Source: Hemiscyllium ocellatum (taxonomy: Eukaryota). From it: a DNA stretch of 64,000 nt. The notes below the pieces were generated by a model, which was not told where the DNA came from, ran no database searches, and worked only from the letters and a program-made list of their open reading frames with translations. Shown here one piece after another: positions 36,636 through 50,003 of the stretch; position 1 is the first letter of the stretch, and every line of letters starts with the position of its first letter. Where the stretch lies: contig NC_083411.1 in NCBI RefSeq assembly GCF_020745735.1, positions 94,164,328-94,228,327 on the forward strand. Reading direction: 5' to 3'. A program made the translations under genes and the position numbers.

Positions 36636-36943
36636 TTTATTAATAACATTCTTATGGCAAATAAAAAGAAACAAGCTGTGCCATGTTTTTCACAGGCCAA
36701 TAGCTCATTGTCACTTACACCATATTCAAAGTTTTAGATTGAAGAGGGGGGAAAAAAAAAATTGTTGAACTTCATGTTTTGAACAGATCAGCCTCTTCTC
36801 AGCTCTTCAGTTATTTTGTTATTCAATTGAATTTGAATGTTACATAATAAAAAGTAACAATTATGATTAATTACACAATTGCTTCTGCTTAGCAGAGGTA
36901 CAGTAAAGCAATATTACACAAGTATTTACACAATATATATACA
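36636..36943 (-). promoter_or_regulatory. CCNB3 3' UTR with two Pumilio elements, two CPEs and a poly(A) hexamer
   Basis: Minus strand: TGTATATA (36936-36943), TGTAAATA (36923-36930), TTTTTAT (36847-36853 and 36661-36667), AATAAA (36636-36641). Confidence 0.6.
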
Positions 36944-37013
36944 CACATGTAATCAGCTTTATGATTATGGGTGATACAGCACCACTTCCCCAGACTGTCG
37001 GGATTTGATTTGA

Positions 37014-37089
37014 TCATGTGTCCACCTTAAGCTGGTCTTCTAACTTCAGAACGTCAATGGGTGGGATTTTTGCTACTTCAAAGAATACC
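37014..37089 (-). CDS. CCNB3: Cyclin B3 coding exon 11 (last)
   Basis: ttttag|G acceptor; (K)VFFEVAKIPPIDVLKLEDQLKVDT*. Confidence 0.9.
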
Positions 37090-37329
37090 CTAAAACAAAA
37101 GACAAGTAAAACTCTCAAGGACAAGAGTAAATATAAGGAAGTGAATATAGGAGGAGAACTAAATTAGGAGTACTTTCAGCTGCAGATTTGGTTACAGCTG
37201 AGACACTCACTTTTTCACAGGTTTCAAGCTCACACTTAACCAGATCTAATGTATTGTACACTAAAACTCACCAGCTGTGTCAGATGTGGATTAGTGTAAA
37301 AGTTATCTGCTACTGCAACCAAGTGGCCA

Positions 37330-37820
37330 TTCTTAAATGGTAAGAAATAAAAAAGGAACAAAGATGCAGGGATTTAAATTCCTCAAATGGTGAGAAACTA
37401 GAAACTGTTAAAAGAAAGAGGATTAACAGCTCATGGACAGATGCAAAATAGCAATCTAAAGAGTTTGTGTGTTGGCCTGTCTTAAGGGGGCTATAATTCA
37501 AAAGGTGAGAAAGTTGTGCTTCAGTGATAGTCTCTGCTGATGAGCAAACCTAAAACTTGGGAGGTACTCTCTCAAGATAAAGAGATGATCTTTGATGAGA
37601 GGAGAAATTGTTTCACTCAAAGAACTGAGAATCTTTTGAATTCAAAAGTGTAGACACTCCATCATTGATGATATTTAAGGCTGGGATAGACAGATTATTG
37701 GTCTCAGAATCAAGGCTGTATTGGAAATGGGTAGAAAAATGATGTTTAAAGCCCAAGATCAGCCAGCAATTGCATTAATGGTGGAGGAGACTTGACAGAC
37801 TTTACTCCTACTCATGTTCT
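37330..37820 (+). mobile_element. Old CR1 fragment
   Basis: CR1 3' similarity (gatgagaggagaaattgtttcactcaaag..atttaaggctgggataga). Confidence 0.55.
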
Positions 37821-38309
37821 ACACACAGTCTCAAGTCAAACCCTATGTGGAATACTGTAACCATAAGACAATGTAGGGGAAGTATAGCCATGCAGCCTTA
37901 AGTCTGCAACAACATTCAATCATGACTGATTTTTCTCAACTCCATTCTTTTGTTTTGCCCTTCCCCAGAACTTTTCATCCCCTTCCTAATCAAAGACCTT
38001 CAAATGACTTTGCCACAGAAAACTGTGCAGGCCATGAGTTCCACAATCATTATGGCCTTATAGCAGCTCAGAAAGAATATTCACCTGGTTGTCAATTAGG
38101 AATGAGCAACAACGCTGGACATGCCAGCCACATATCCCCAGAAAGATGTTAGTAGTCACCAGAATTATCTGGGGAATTAATAGGCTAAGTTAAGATCAAT
38201 TTTCATAAACTTGCATCTTCCTTCGACTGCAAAGTAGGGAGGCATTATTTAATTCCAAATAAAAGTAGTAATTCAGTGAAACTTATTTTATTAATAATGT
38301 TCAAAGGGG

Positions 38310-39670
38310 TACACAGAAGGACACCATTCAGGAGTTAAATCAGGAAGCAAAGATATGGAGGCCACAAACATTTACAATATCCATGAATAACTTGGATGAG
38401 GAAAGTGAACGTTTGTACATGACAAAAATAGTTTGGAAGACAAGTGTTGAAGCGGACGCAGAGTTTGCAGAGATATACAGTTCCAGTGAGTGGACAAAAA
38501 CTTGGCAGAAGGAATATAATGTGGGAAAACATAAGGTCATGCACTTTGGCAGGAAGGGAGAGGAGTAGTGATTACTTAAAATGGAGAAAGGCTGCAGCAA
38601 ATTAAATTAGAGGGGGATTTGTGAAACCTTGTGCTTAGATCACAAAAAGGACAAATGGCAAACAGGGCAGTTCAGTGGTTAGCACTGCTGCCTCACAGCG
38701 CGAGGGACCCAGGTTCGATTCCAGCCTCTGGCGACTGTCTGTCTAGAGTTTGCACATTCTCCTTTTGACTGCATGGGTTTCCTCCAGGTGCTCCAGTTTC
38801 TTCCCACAATCCAAAGATGTGCAGGTTAGGTGAATTGACCATGCTAAATTGCCCGTCGTGTTCAGGGATGTGTAGGTTAGGTGCATTAGTCAGGGGCAAG
38901 AGTAGAGTGGTAGGGGAATGGGCAAGTTTTGAGAGGGTTGGTGTACTTGTTGTGTCAAAAGGGCCCGTTTCCACACTGTAGGAATTCTATGAAATGTTGG
39001 CCTACACTTCAAAGAGGTTGGAGTACAGAAATAACTGAGTCTTGCTAAGATTAAATAAGGCAGTAGTTACACCACAGCTAGAATATTGAACATTTTGGTC
39101 TCCTGAGGAGACCAAGGAAAGATGCACATTGGAGACAGTCCAGAGAGGATTCACTCGGTCAATCCCCAGGTATAGAGGGATTGTCTTATGACAGGAGTTT
39201 GAGTAGATTGGGCCTGTACTCTGATTTAAGGAAAACGAAAGGCAATTGAAACATACAAGATTCTTAGTGGAATGAACAAAACTGCAGATTGTGCAAAGAC
39301 TAATCGAGTTGGGATTCTACTGACTGGAAGAATGAATGAGAGGTGATCACATTGAAATATACAGAGTTGTGAAGGGGACTTTTTAGGGCAAATGCTGACA
39401 GGATTTTTCACCTCATTAGGAGTCTAGAACCAGATCATAATCTCCAAAGTAAGGGATCACCTAGTTCAGATGGAGATGAGAATTTTCTTCAGAGGGTCAC
39501 GAATCAGTGGTATTCTTCACCATATTGGCTGTGGAGATGGAGTTAAGTGTACTCAAGGCTAAGAAACTCATTTTTGATCAGTAGGAAAAGAGAGCAGGGA
39601 TGTTGAGGATTATCAGATGATCTAACTGAATGATAGAGCAGACCAATGGGATGAAAAGCCTACTCCTTCT
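38310..39670 (+). mobile_element. Old CR1 RT/3' region with nested HE1 SINE
   Basis: ORF 38383-38568 (NNLDE..SEWTKTWQKEYNVGK..VMHFGRK). Confidence 0.65.
38664..38990 (+). mobile_element. HE1-type V-SINE
   Basis: cagtggttagcactgctgcctcacag..ggttcgattcc, V-domain, ..gtttccacactgtag. Confidence 0.85.
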
Positions 39671-39832
39671 CAAATCAGGAGCGTGTGGGGAGCTGGGACC
39701 AATGAAGTGTCAAGGGAGGAGGTGTATAGATTCTTATGGATTACAGATTAAAAAAAAATCATAGCTATGTACCTCCTATATTTTTTCCTAACCGAATGGT
39801 GAAATAGGCTAAAGAGATTAACTAGAGTTGAG

Positions 39833-40022
39833 TGTGGGGTGCTGGAAAAGCATAGCAGGTCAGACAGCATCTGAGGAGCAGGGAAATCAATGTTTTGGGC
39901 AAAAGCCTATCATTCGTGAAGGGCTTTGATCCAAAACATCGATTCTCCTTCTCCTCGGACACTGCCTGACCTGCTGTGCTTTGTCAAAACCACATTCTAT
40001 TCTAATCTCCAGTCCTCACTTT
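39833..40022. mobile_element. Penelope-derived fold-back hairpin, degenerate (family of 15884)
   Basis: Inverted arms centred at about 39912, at the remnant of the hammerhead core. Confidence 0.7.
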
Positions 40023-40195
40023 CGCCTAAAGAGATAACTAGCTCACTTGCTCCCATGAAATTTCAAATCAAACGCCACAGCACTTCCTATGGTTTTCACA
40101 GCACATCCTCAGACCATAACTAACTTAAGTGTGCCATGTCCACGGTCTCCCTTAAATAGTTTAAAATGTTACCAGATACACAATTAACTTCTTAC

Positions 40196-40326
40196 TTGTG
40201 AGCATACTTGTACCGAACAGCCTTCAGCTTTTCATCTGGCTTACTGTAAAGCAAAAGGTTTAGTCTCCTCAGCAGCGAGTGCAAGTCAGTGACATGATAT
40301 CCAGTGTAATGTTCCAGAGTCGGAGT
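40196..40326 (-). CDS. CCNB3: Cyclin B3 coding exon 10
   Basis: TPTLEHYTGYHVTDLHSLLRRLNLLL..LKAVRYKYAH; AG/GT boundaries, ends in phase 2. Confidence 0.92.
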
Positions 40327-40794
40327 CTAAAATACAAGAGAATCTGGTGAGCTGGATTGCCTATTTCATGGCGATTTCAAATTAATATAGGTCCACCAAA
40401 ATGTTAGTAAGTTAATCATATCCTCAGGTTCGGATTTCATAATTACTTAAACAGCAGGAACAGCACAAAGGAGCACAGCATGCTGGAGTACTAATACATC
40501 ATATCACTAGTGGCACAATGTCAACTACCCCCCCACTCCTTTCCTGACCCAGCACTCAGCCACACTATTTCCAGGGAAATACAGAGTAGATTTAATATTC
40601 TGTTTCAGTTTCCCACCTTTCCCTTTTGGGAACTGGAATCTACTGCACAATTCTCACACGTCCCAGTAGCTAGTTCAGAGCAGAGGTCGATAAGCAGAAA
40701 ACTTGGCAGAACCACATTGTAAAACCACAGGGAAATAAAAAGGACAGGGGTGCAGAAGACAGTCTCTGAATATGCCAACTCAGTTTATGCTCAC

Positions 40795-40944
40795 CCATCC
40801 TCCAAGCTCTTTCATCTTGAGGGCTAGTAGCAGGCAGGATGCTGCTAATTTAGAAGCACTCTCCCAGATAAACTCATATTCCTGTAGGGTCAACTCACAG
40901 ATATAACGTGCAAGCGTCAATGTCTCAAGGTTGGCTCTAGCACA
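40795..40944 (-). CDS. CCNB3: Cyclin B3 coding exon 9
   Basis: CARANLETLTLARYICELTLQEYEF..SASKLAASCLLLALKMKELGGW; AG/GT boundaries. Confidence 0.93.
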
Positions 40945-41400
40945 CTGTAAATATTCAGATAGAGATAGATTCAGACGATTAATCGCAGACTGCTCAAAAC
41001 TAAAGCAATATTTCCAATTAACGTGACAAAATAATTCATGAACTGCACTAACAAAATGCTGACATGCTCGTCAGATAACTTCCCCTTCTAACACTCAGTG
41101 TTTCAATCCATTTTACCTCCCCATAACAAATGCATCATTTTAGTCATGTTACAAACCATAAATAAGTGCTCAAGCAATCCTTCACAATGCTAAAAATGTC
41201 AAAATCTCTTTCAACAATGTTTGTGTTGAATCCCTACATCACGGATAGAGGCCATTTGGCCCGTCAATGCTTCACCAACCATCCAAAAGATCATCCCACC
41301 CAGAAGAGGAGTAAACAAAACTGTTTGGGGTCAAATTAGTATGTTCCCTCCCTAGTACACTAAACAACAGGAAAAATTCAAATTATACAAAGTGACCAAC

Positions 41401-41556
41401 CTTTGCATATCTTCTCAAGAATCGATAGGCCACAGGAATATTGATATCAAACTTCAGGGTTCGGAGAATGTTAACCTCCATTGAGAGCAGTTCCTCCCTT
41501 TGGTACGCATCATCACAGATGTACAAGAAATCATCCACACAGGGAGGACACCGCTC
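41401..41556 (-). CDS. CCNB3: Cyclin B3 coding exon 8
   Basis: ERCPPCVDDFLYICDDAY..LKFDINIPVAYRFLRRYAK, characteristic of cyclin B3. Confidence 0.95.
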
Positions 41557-42299
41557 CTGGAAATGATAAACGTGCATCAACCCAATCCACACTGAAGGCA
41601 GCTTACCATCTAAACAATGGCTCCTGCTCCAGCAGCTGCTCAGACTTAATCCATGATCCAGTAGATAAAAGATAGAGATGATTAGCTTTTTTTTCTTTGT
41701 CAAAATACCCATGTGTCCAGAGTTATTCAGTAAATATCGTCATAATGGCCTCATTTGCAATACGAGTCTGCAGCCAAAATCAGCTAACCCTTTCTTCATT
41801 CCAATACCATTCACTAAAGCATAAGCAAATGACTGGAGGAGCATGGAGCAGTTTGGGAGAAGGGACCTACTCAAGGGCAGCAGGAACTAAAACCTAGTGA
41901 CAGAGCTCCTATTTTAGACGAGTCTGAACTCAAGTGTGACACCACTGGAAACCAGGTAGGCGATTGTTAAATATTTCTTTCATATTTCATTTGATTGGCC
42001 AAGTGGTTTTTAAAAAAAAAAATCAAACAATGATGTTAAGGCTTAAAAGTAGTTAGAAAATTTTTTAAAAATAAGCAAAACCCAAAACTCAGGAAAGAGA
42101 CTCAATGTCGGCAAGGACTTCATTTGAACCATGCTGGGATCAGTGCCCTGGGTGAATTGTATAACAAGGGCAGTGAATAGCAATTTCCGATAATTAGTGA
42201 CAGAGTGGGGAGGAAATTGAGTTTTATTGAAGGGAAGTTTAAAAATATTTATTAAAAAACCCAAGAATACAGAGTTGCAAGATAGTTAAAAAAAACCAA

Positions 42300-43200
42300 G
42301 TGATAATCAGAATGTGACAGGAAGGGATAGCAATTATAAGCAAAAGCATGCAGCAGAAATTGCAACAAAGCAATGTGATTAAAAAGTCCTTTCTCTGAAT
42401 GCATGCAGCATTTGTAACAACAACATTAACTTGTTAATGGTGTAAATATAAATGAATACAACTTGATAGCTATCACTGACATGGTTGCAGGGGGACCAGG
42501 TTTGGGAAGTCAACTTTCAAAAGGTATTCAAATATTCTGGACGAATACGCAAAGGGGAAAGGTGGGGTAACTTTGTTTAAAAAAAAGGGATAGTATCATT
42601 GTGGTGTTGAGTGGTTACATGGGTCCAGTTGATTGTGATGCAAGTATCAGTTTGGATGTAAATAAGTTATGGGTGAGATGGAAGAGGAGAGTCATCTACA
42701 AGGCTGCAAAAAGTGTTGCCTCATTGTAGGATATCATGTATTAAAAAAATTAGTGCAAGAAAGGCACTGCAGTTGTCAAGCGATTTCAATCTAGACATTA
42801 ACAGGACAAATCAGTTGGACAAAGGGAACATGAAATACAATTTTGCAGAGTGCATCAGGATTAGTCTTAGAGCAATATGTTGCACAACTTAACCAGCTAC
42901 AGGATACTTTAGCTCTATAAATGTGCAATGAATGCGTTAATAAGGAAGTTAATCATTAAGGATCCTTTAACAGATGTTAATGACAAAATGGAAAAATTTC
43001 ATAGTGAGAGATAATAAACCAGTGTCTTCAAGTTAAATAGGGGCAATTACAGAAGGATGACTAAAGTTATCTAAAGCACTATATTGAAAAGGTCAATAGA
43101 CAGACAGTGGCAGACATAAAAGCTGTTTTTATAAATGCTCAGCAACAGAAATTCTTGTCAAAAAGGAATCAAAAGGGCAAACCACCACTGGTAAATTTGA
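42300..43200 (+). mobile_element. Old CR1 endonuclease-region fragment
   Basis: ctgaatgcatgcagcatt (LNAxSI), atagctatcactga..tggttgc (IAITETW) and GGV-motif remnants. Confidence 0.55.
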
Positions 43201-43799
43201 CTTGTATTGCTCGGGGGCTGAAGTTTCAAAACAGGGATTGGGGACAGCTTAACAGATGAGATGCTGATATGTTGTTTTCTCCAGTGGGAGAATGTCAAAC
43301 TAGTGGATGTAGTTAACATAAGGGGATGCAATACAAAGCGTGTCTGGAATTCTCGACCTCACGTATGGGAGCCGGATAACAAAGTCATCGTCGTCGTCAT
43401 CAGAATGTCCTACCCCTGTTTTTAATTTCTTATTCAAGATTCTCAATATAGCATTATATCAATTCATAGGAATATGACTAGAAAAATTGACGGTCAAATA
43501 AATTGACATTAGGAGTTAAAGTATCAGAGAGAGAGTATGCAAGAAAATATAAAAGGGGAATTTCAATTCTTAAGACCTAAAACAGTTGAAGGTTTAAGTA
43601 ACAAACAGCAGGGTGAAGAAAATGAAGCATGTACAAAAGCCAGTATTGGAGGATAGTAAAACATTGTCGAGCTGGACAAGTTAAAATAGCGGGGTAGGGG
43701 GATATGGAGTGGTGACGAACGAGAAGAACTTGACATAAGTCAGGATACAGCCAGAATTTAGATAAGCTCAGCTTTATATGAACAAAGTTATGAGAAGTA

Positions 43800-45075
43800 A
43801 CCTACTTAGTTCCCTGAACCTACTATACTATTCAAGAACTATTTCCTTCACCTTCCCACCTATCTCTCCGACTAATGAGCAAAGGGTGAAAAGTTATCTA
43901 CTGAACATGAAGACTCTACTTCCACCATTCTTTGATGAAGGGAGTTCCAAAGACTCATTAACCCACCAGAAGAGTATAGTCTCCTGAGTTAATTAGGTAG
44001 CTCTCGGTTCTAGATTTTTCCCCACAGAAGGGAACATTTTTCCATTTCCACCTTGTCAAGACCCTTCAGGTATATTCCAATCAAGTCCTCTCTCATCTGG
44101 GTGAATTCCAGTTTCTACATAGTTAGCCTGTCCAACAGGTTATTAAGAAAACCCCCACTCATTCCAAGTAGCAGACTGGTATGCCATCCCTGAAGGCATC
44201 CACATTAGTCACTTTAAAAGGACCAAATACTGCATACAATACTCTCGATGGTCTCACCAGTGTTCTATATAACTGAAACATAACCTCTCCATTTTTGTAC
44301 TCAATCCCCTCACAATAAACATTCTATTATTTGCTTAATTATTTGCATCTTAACCTTCTGTAGTCCCTTCACCATTTACATATATGTTTTCATTCTTCTT
44401 GCAAAAATAAAAGAACCAATTTCATAATTGACCCAAAATATACTCCATTACCAAATCACTGCCCCACTCGTTGGACAGATCTATTTCCCTTCAGTAGTTT
44501 TACACCACTTCACAACTTATTCTCCTATCCATCTTTGTGCCAACAGCAAATTTAGTTAGCTGTTATACATTCAGTCCTTTATCCAAGACACTAAATGTAA
44601 ATAGCGAATGCTGGAGGCTCTAGCACACCATTCATCACATCTCAACTGGAGAATGGTTACAACACCCAACAATCTTTTATCCATACTAAAAATCCATACT
44701 ACCTGGACCAAGAGCTTTCATATTCCACAATAACTTTGATGTGACACTTCATCAAATGCCTTCTAGAAATTTAAGCACATCTGCCAGTTTGTCCTTATCC
44801 ACAAGTCATTTTCTCAAAGAATACAAGCGAATTGGTTAAACAAAAAACTTCCCTTTCACAATGTTGACTCTGCCTGATTAATTAAAGTGCACTGGTACAA
44901 CATCTTTATTAATGGCTTCTAAAATTATCCCCAGTAGATGTTAATCTAGTTGCCTGTAGTTTCTTGCTTTCTGTCTAACCTTTTTGAAGAGAAGGATTTC
45001 ACCTAATTTTCTTAATCTAATGGAATTTCTCCAGGATAAGAAGGAGATTATGGAAAATTAAAACCAATACATCAA
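43800..45075 (-). mobile_element. Old degenerate CR1 RT/3' region
   Basis: Antisense remnants of the FQKAFD and KFADD motifs and the CR1 3' end. Confidence 0.55.
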
Positions 45076-45175
45076 CAATCTTATTTGTTATTTAAGAAAC
45101 TAGGATGAAGTGCATCAGGACCCATTGAAGGGTGTGAGGAAAGAAGTTTAAAAGAGTCTGATAAAAGTTGCTTAC

Positions 45176-45313
45176 ATCAAATTTTGCAGCAATGAGGATT
45201 GCAGTAGAACCCAGAAGTTGCAGTGTTTCCCTCATACACACCGTCAGTGCCAGGTAATGATCCACTAGCTTCACTGCTAGGTACAGAGTCTCATGATTCA
45301 GTTCAAAATTTTC
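45176..45313 (-). CDS. CCNB3: Cyclin B3 coding exon 7 (cyclin box)
   Basis: ENFELNHETLYLAVKLVDHYL..LQLLGSTAILIAAKFD; AG/GT boundaries. Confidence 0.95.
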
Positions 45314-46144
45314 CTTTTGAAAATTAAAAAAATAAATTATTGGATTGGGAGCTTTGCATGAAATTAATCACAGCGTAGTGCAAAAAGCTATGAACAATAT
45401 GTCCAATAGATCAATGAATAGGAGGGAGGTCAAGTTAAACCACATGTATGCTAACCAAATGCTTTGAGGACACTGGCAGTTACCTGGAGGATACCAAATG
45501 AATGTTACTGTTAGAACTAGTGGACAATTATACATCACCAAACTGAAGGTGCAGTCATACAGCACCTTTAAACAAATATGCAAAGGTGCTTCATTAAAAT
45601 TCAATATTAAGCCAGAGATATTAGAACATATTTTCAAAAGCTGCAAAAGGTTTAAGAAATAGAATGAGGTAGCTTTTAGGGTGCAATTCCAGAGATTAAT
45701 GGATAGGTAGCTGAAGGCACAGCCATGAATGGTGAAATCTTTTTAAAAAAAGAATACAGGAGAAACAAGATCACCAGGCTTGAGGTGGTTATGGAGGACT
45801 TGTGAAGAGAGATTAAAATATACAAATCAGACTTATTAAATAGCATAATAGCTTTGAAGGTTTGAAATGGTCCACTGTTTTTAAACATTATTGGCTTTTC
45901 TTTAGAAAATTTGAAGGGAAAATAGTGAAGAGGCAGCTAGTGATAGAAATCTACTGATTGGAAGATACCCAAATCTTGAGGTAAAATAACATGCTTCAAA
46001 ATTACTCACCCTGCTATTAGTCTCATCTTTGCTTCCATTGTAAATGTCCCCACTTATGGGTAATGTACTTTTCCCACAACCTTCTGCCGGATAGCTAACT
46101 GGAGTGCCAGGCCTCTAGGAATTCTCTGGTATGTCTTTGCTTAG

Positions 46145-46385
46145 CACTCCAACCACAACGCCATAAACAAACACAGATCTAATACCATCTATCAACCCCT
46201 CAGAAAACGAACAGGAAATGACATCACCACAAACCCCAGGAACCTCATCCAGGACAAACATAAATAGAAAGCAGGAGACAACAGCTTCGCTTCACTTGGA
46301 GGTCACCACTGATGTTACCAAGCCAGGTAATGAAACATCTGGAAATCAAACCTACAGCTCAGCGAGCAAACACACTCCAGAACCA
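46145..46385 (+). mobile_element. Penelope-like element 3' end (ORF C-terminus plus UTR with hammerhead motif)
   Basis: HSNHNAINKH..IYQPLRKR C-terminus, then CCA-CTGATG-TTACC(aagcca)GGTAA-T-GAAACATC-TGG at 46306-46342. Confidence 0.7.
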
Positions 46386-46447
46386 AAAATTACAAAACAA
46401 GAAAAAAAAATCAGTCCAAAGTGTCTAAAAGGTGACTGTTTACTCAC

Positions 46448-46540
46448 CTGCACCTCAACCATCCAGTCGACTAAAATTCCCCTCATCTCAATGTTCAGGT
46501 CAGGTTGCTTTTCCATATAGCCTTTTAGAACAAATTGTTT
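46448..46540 (-). CDS. CCNB3: Cyclin B3 coding exon 6
   Basis: KQFVLKGYMEKQPDLNIEMRGILVDWMVEVQ contains the MRAIL-type hydrophobic patch. Confidence 0.95.
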
Positions 46541-47230
46541 CTGCCAAACAAACACATGGTTCTAGAATGAATCTATTTATTTTAAATGTTTGTGCAATTA
46601 ATAATGAATTAAGTCCATTCAAACCACAAAAACATTAGAAAATTTCAGCTTCCAGCTGTTCCCAATTTCTACTTATTGCTCCATTTTATGAATAAACCTG
46701 GAATCCAAGAGGTTGGCTGTGGATTCTCAGTTGCAAAGTTGGACTATTTGGAACCTCAAAACTAGACTTTGTAAAATTTATTCTATCACAGAATCCATTA
46801 GACAAAGTCCTGAAGTAATACACCAACTCCAGAGTGTTTAGTTCTCACATTGGATTTGACTCCCTATTTCTAGAATCTAGACGAGTACAGAAATGAAATT
46901 GTACAGAGTAAAAGTCAAGATATTTATCCAAATATTTTTGAAAGATCTATGCTTTGATCAAGTTCGTTAGCATAGTTAGCAAACCTGCAGGTGGCATCAG
47001 TACTTTTGTATAACTGCTATCCAATTTCTAGACAGCTCCTCAAATGTTGTTAGACAGCAAATGCAGAGCACTGGGTATAAAAATATGGAATGACAAGACA
47101 ATGCAGAGAATTAAAACACAGACTAACTGTAACAATTTGCCAATCCCATCCACTTTGTTTCAAAGAATACAAAACCAAATGATGCTTTTAGGGAGAAAGC
47201 AGAAAAGTTACAAGATAATAGTTTGCTTAC

Positions 47231-47329
47231 CTCCCTCTCCTTCATATAGTTGAATATATCATTCACATAGATTGCATTCAGGAATGGGTCTTTCAAATTC
47301 TCTTCATCAACTTCATCATAGTCAGGCAA
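47231..47329 (-). CDS. CCNB3: Cyclin B3 coding exon 5
   Basis: LPDYDEVDEENLKDPFLNAIYVNDIFNYMKERE; AG/GT boundaries. Confidence 0.92.
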
Positions 47330-47360
47330 CTAAAACCATGAGAAATTCTCCAGTTAATTA

Positions 47361-48355
47361 TAGAGTCATAGAGTGATAGAGATGTACCGCATGGAAACAG
47401 ACCCTTCGATCCAACCAGTCAATGCCGGCCAGATATCCCAATTCAATCTAGTCCCACCTGCCAGCACCTGACCCATAGCCCTCCAAAACCTTCCTATTCA
47501 TATACCCAAATGCCTCTTAAATGTTGCAATTGTACCAGCCTACACCACATCCTCTGACAGCTCATTCCATACACGTACCATCCTCTGCAGAAAGAGAGTT
47601 GCCTCTTAGGTCTCTTTTATATCTTTCCCCTCTCACCCTAAACCTACGCCCTCTAGTTCTGGACTCCCTCCACCCAAGGAAAAAGACTTGTTTATTTATC
47701 CTATCCATGCCCCTCAATTTTGTAAACCTCTATAAAGGTCACCCTGCAGCCTCCGACGTTCCAGGGAAAACAGCCCCAGCCTGTTCAGCCTCCCTAGAGC
47801 TCAGAACCTCTAACCCTGGCAACATCCTTGTAAATCTTTTCTGAACCTTTCAAGTTTCACAACATCTTTCCGATAGGAAGGAGATCAGAATTGCATGTAA
47901 TATTCCAACAGTGGCCTCATCAATGTCCTGTACAGCTGCAACATGACCTCCCAACTCCTATACTCAATACTCTGACCAATAAAAGAAAGCATACCAAACG
48001 CCTTCCTCACTATCCTATTTACCTGCGACTCCACTTTCAAGGAGCTATGAACCTGCAATTCGAGGTCTTTGTTCAGCAACACTCCCTAGGACCTTACCAT
48101 TAAGTGTACAAGTCCTGCTAAGATTTGCTTTCCCAAAATGCAGCACCTCGCATTTATCAGAATTAAACTCTGTCTGCCACTTCTCAGCCCATTGTCCCAT
48201 CTGATCAAGATCGTGTTGTAACCTGAGGTAACCTTCTTCGCTGTCCATTACATGTCCAAATTTTGGTGTCATCTGCAAACTTACTAACTGTACCTCTTAT
48301 GCTCGCATCCAAATCATTTATGTAAATGACAAAGTAGAGGACCCAGCACTGATCC
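47361..48355 (-). mobile_element. Young CR1 LINE 3' 1 kb in a CCNB3 intron
   Basis: ORFs 47885-48082 and 48045-48278 match the CR1 RT end; tail present. Confidence 0.9.
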
Positions 48356-50003
48356 GCTCGCTACTCTGAAATGCTATTAAGTAGCATTCTCTATACAGTT
48401 TTAGTTCAACACCAGAATGAAATACACAGAGACCTAGTGAGGAGCTTTGCATAACAGATGCCAATAGTGCATGGAATCTGATGAACCTAAGCCTAGGTTG
48501 ATACAAAATAGTTTTACAAGGATATGATAATAAATTGAATGGACAAGGATACACTTTCTCAACAAATCAGGGGGTCTCGGTCTTAATTGTTTTCAGGACT
48601 TAAAAACGTTAGAATAAAGCTGCTGACCAAATAATCCTCAGGTATCTTTTATCTCAACACCTTTTTGAAATTAGAGAGAAAAAAAACTTTTCTTGAATAG
48701 AATTTGAAGGCAGTCTTCTTCTAAATTCATTCCTTGGAAAAAAGATTAAAAAATCTTGCATCCACAAATATTTTCCAAACTGGCTATGATCCATTTTGAA
48801 TTTTTGGTAGAGAGTGGGAAAAGCAGGTGGCTGGCCTGTCTTTGGTAAGTAATCATGACTCGAGTATATGATTAACAAGGCCAGTTTGGTCACCCATTTT
48901 GACCTGACCGAGAGGTGGTGGTAGTAAGCAATGTTTTTGAACGTCCACACAGCAGTCGCACATCCAAAGTTGTGAGGAAGCAAATCTGTACAGAGAGAAA
49001 CTTGCAGGTGGTACTTTCAGGTATCTGCTGTCCTTATCCTTTTATGTGGTAGGCATCAAGAATTTGGAAGTTGCTGTCTAAGGAGGCTTGATAAGTTTTG
49101 GTTGCTCTTAAAAGAAAAAATCCCTCAACTACTAAGTTTTAAGTATGTTACTTTGTCCTCGATGACACCAAGCTGGATTCTTGTTGGAAACAAATACACC
49201 TGAACAAGCTAGCTTTTCAGACTTGCAGGCTGATGTACACAGCAGTAACACAGAATAGAGTTGCTATCCCAAGTTTAGATTGCTCTGCGTAACGCACATT
49301 TCATTAGTGAATTCTTGTTAAAGTGATTGATGAAGCACAAACCTTTAATGTCTGTCTGCTGAAACGCGATTAAATTACCAACACTAAGTGCTGTTTCTGA
49401 AGTGTGATTTTTCTGTAAATCAGAATTGTACAAGAATACAACCATTGCATTAAAAAAAACTACTTGTATAGCTCAAATCTAACAAAGAGAAAGATGCTGT
49501 GGAACTTTGATTTCTTTTCTTTCTTTGGGAAAGGGATGATTTGTGCTGGTGGCATGAGAATCACAGCAGCCTACGCTAGTGTCTGCTGAAATCAGAAAAG
49601 GTGGGTTGGTCAGGAGGGCCTGCCACATTGCACTGACTGACATATTGTCAAGTTAAATGAAACAAACAAATTTTCCCTTCAGTCCTCATCTACCCACTGA
49701 CTCATGGCACTTCATCCTCCAAGACAAGGAATGTTGTCTTACTCAGCCCCACGGTACATTGATCAAGAACCCACTCACTGCACTTTGTCAGCCTGACTAT
49801 TAACATTCCAATATGCCATTTCGATTTCAAATTACTCACTGATTTGAGACTGCTGGTACAGAATAAATGTTGTGTAGTTGTCTACATGGCCAGCACAAGT
49901 TTAGCTTTAATCATAAAAGTACTTTTAGATGGAGTAGTGGAGTCTGTTGCTAGATTGTCAAATCCAGCAGCAGACCACACTGCTCCATCTAAAGTTTGTT
50001 TAC

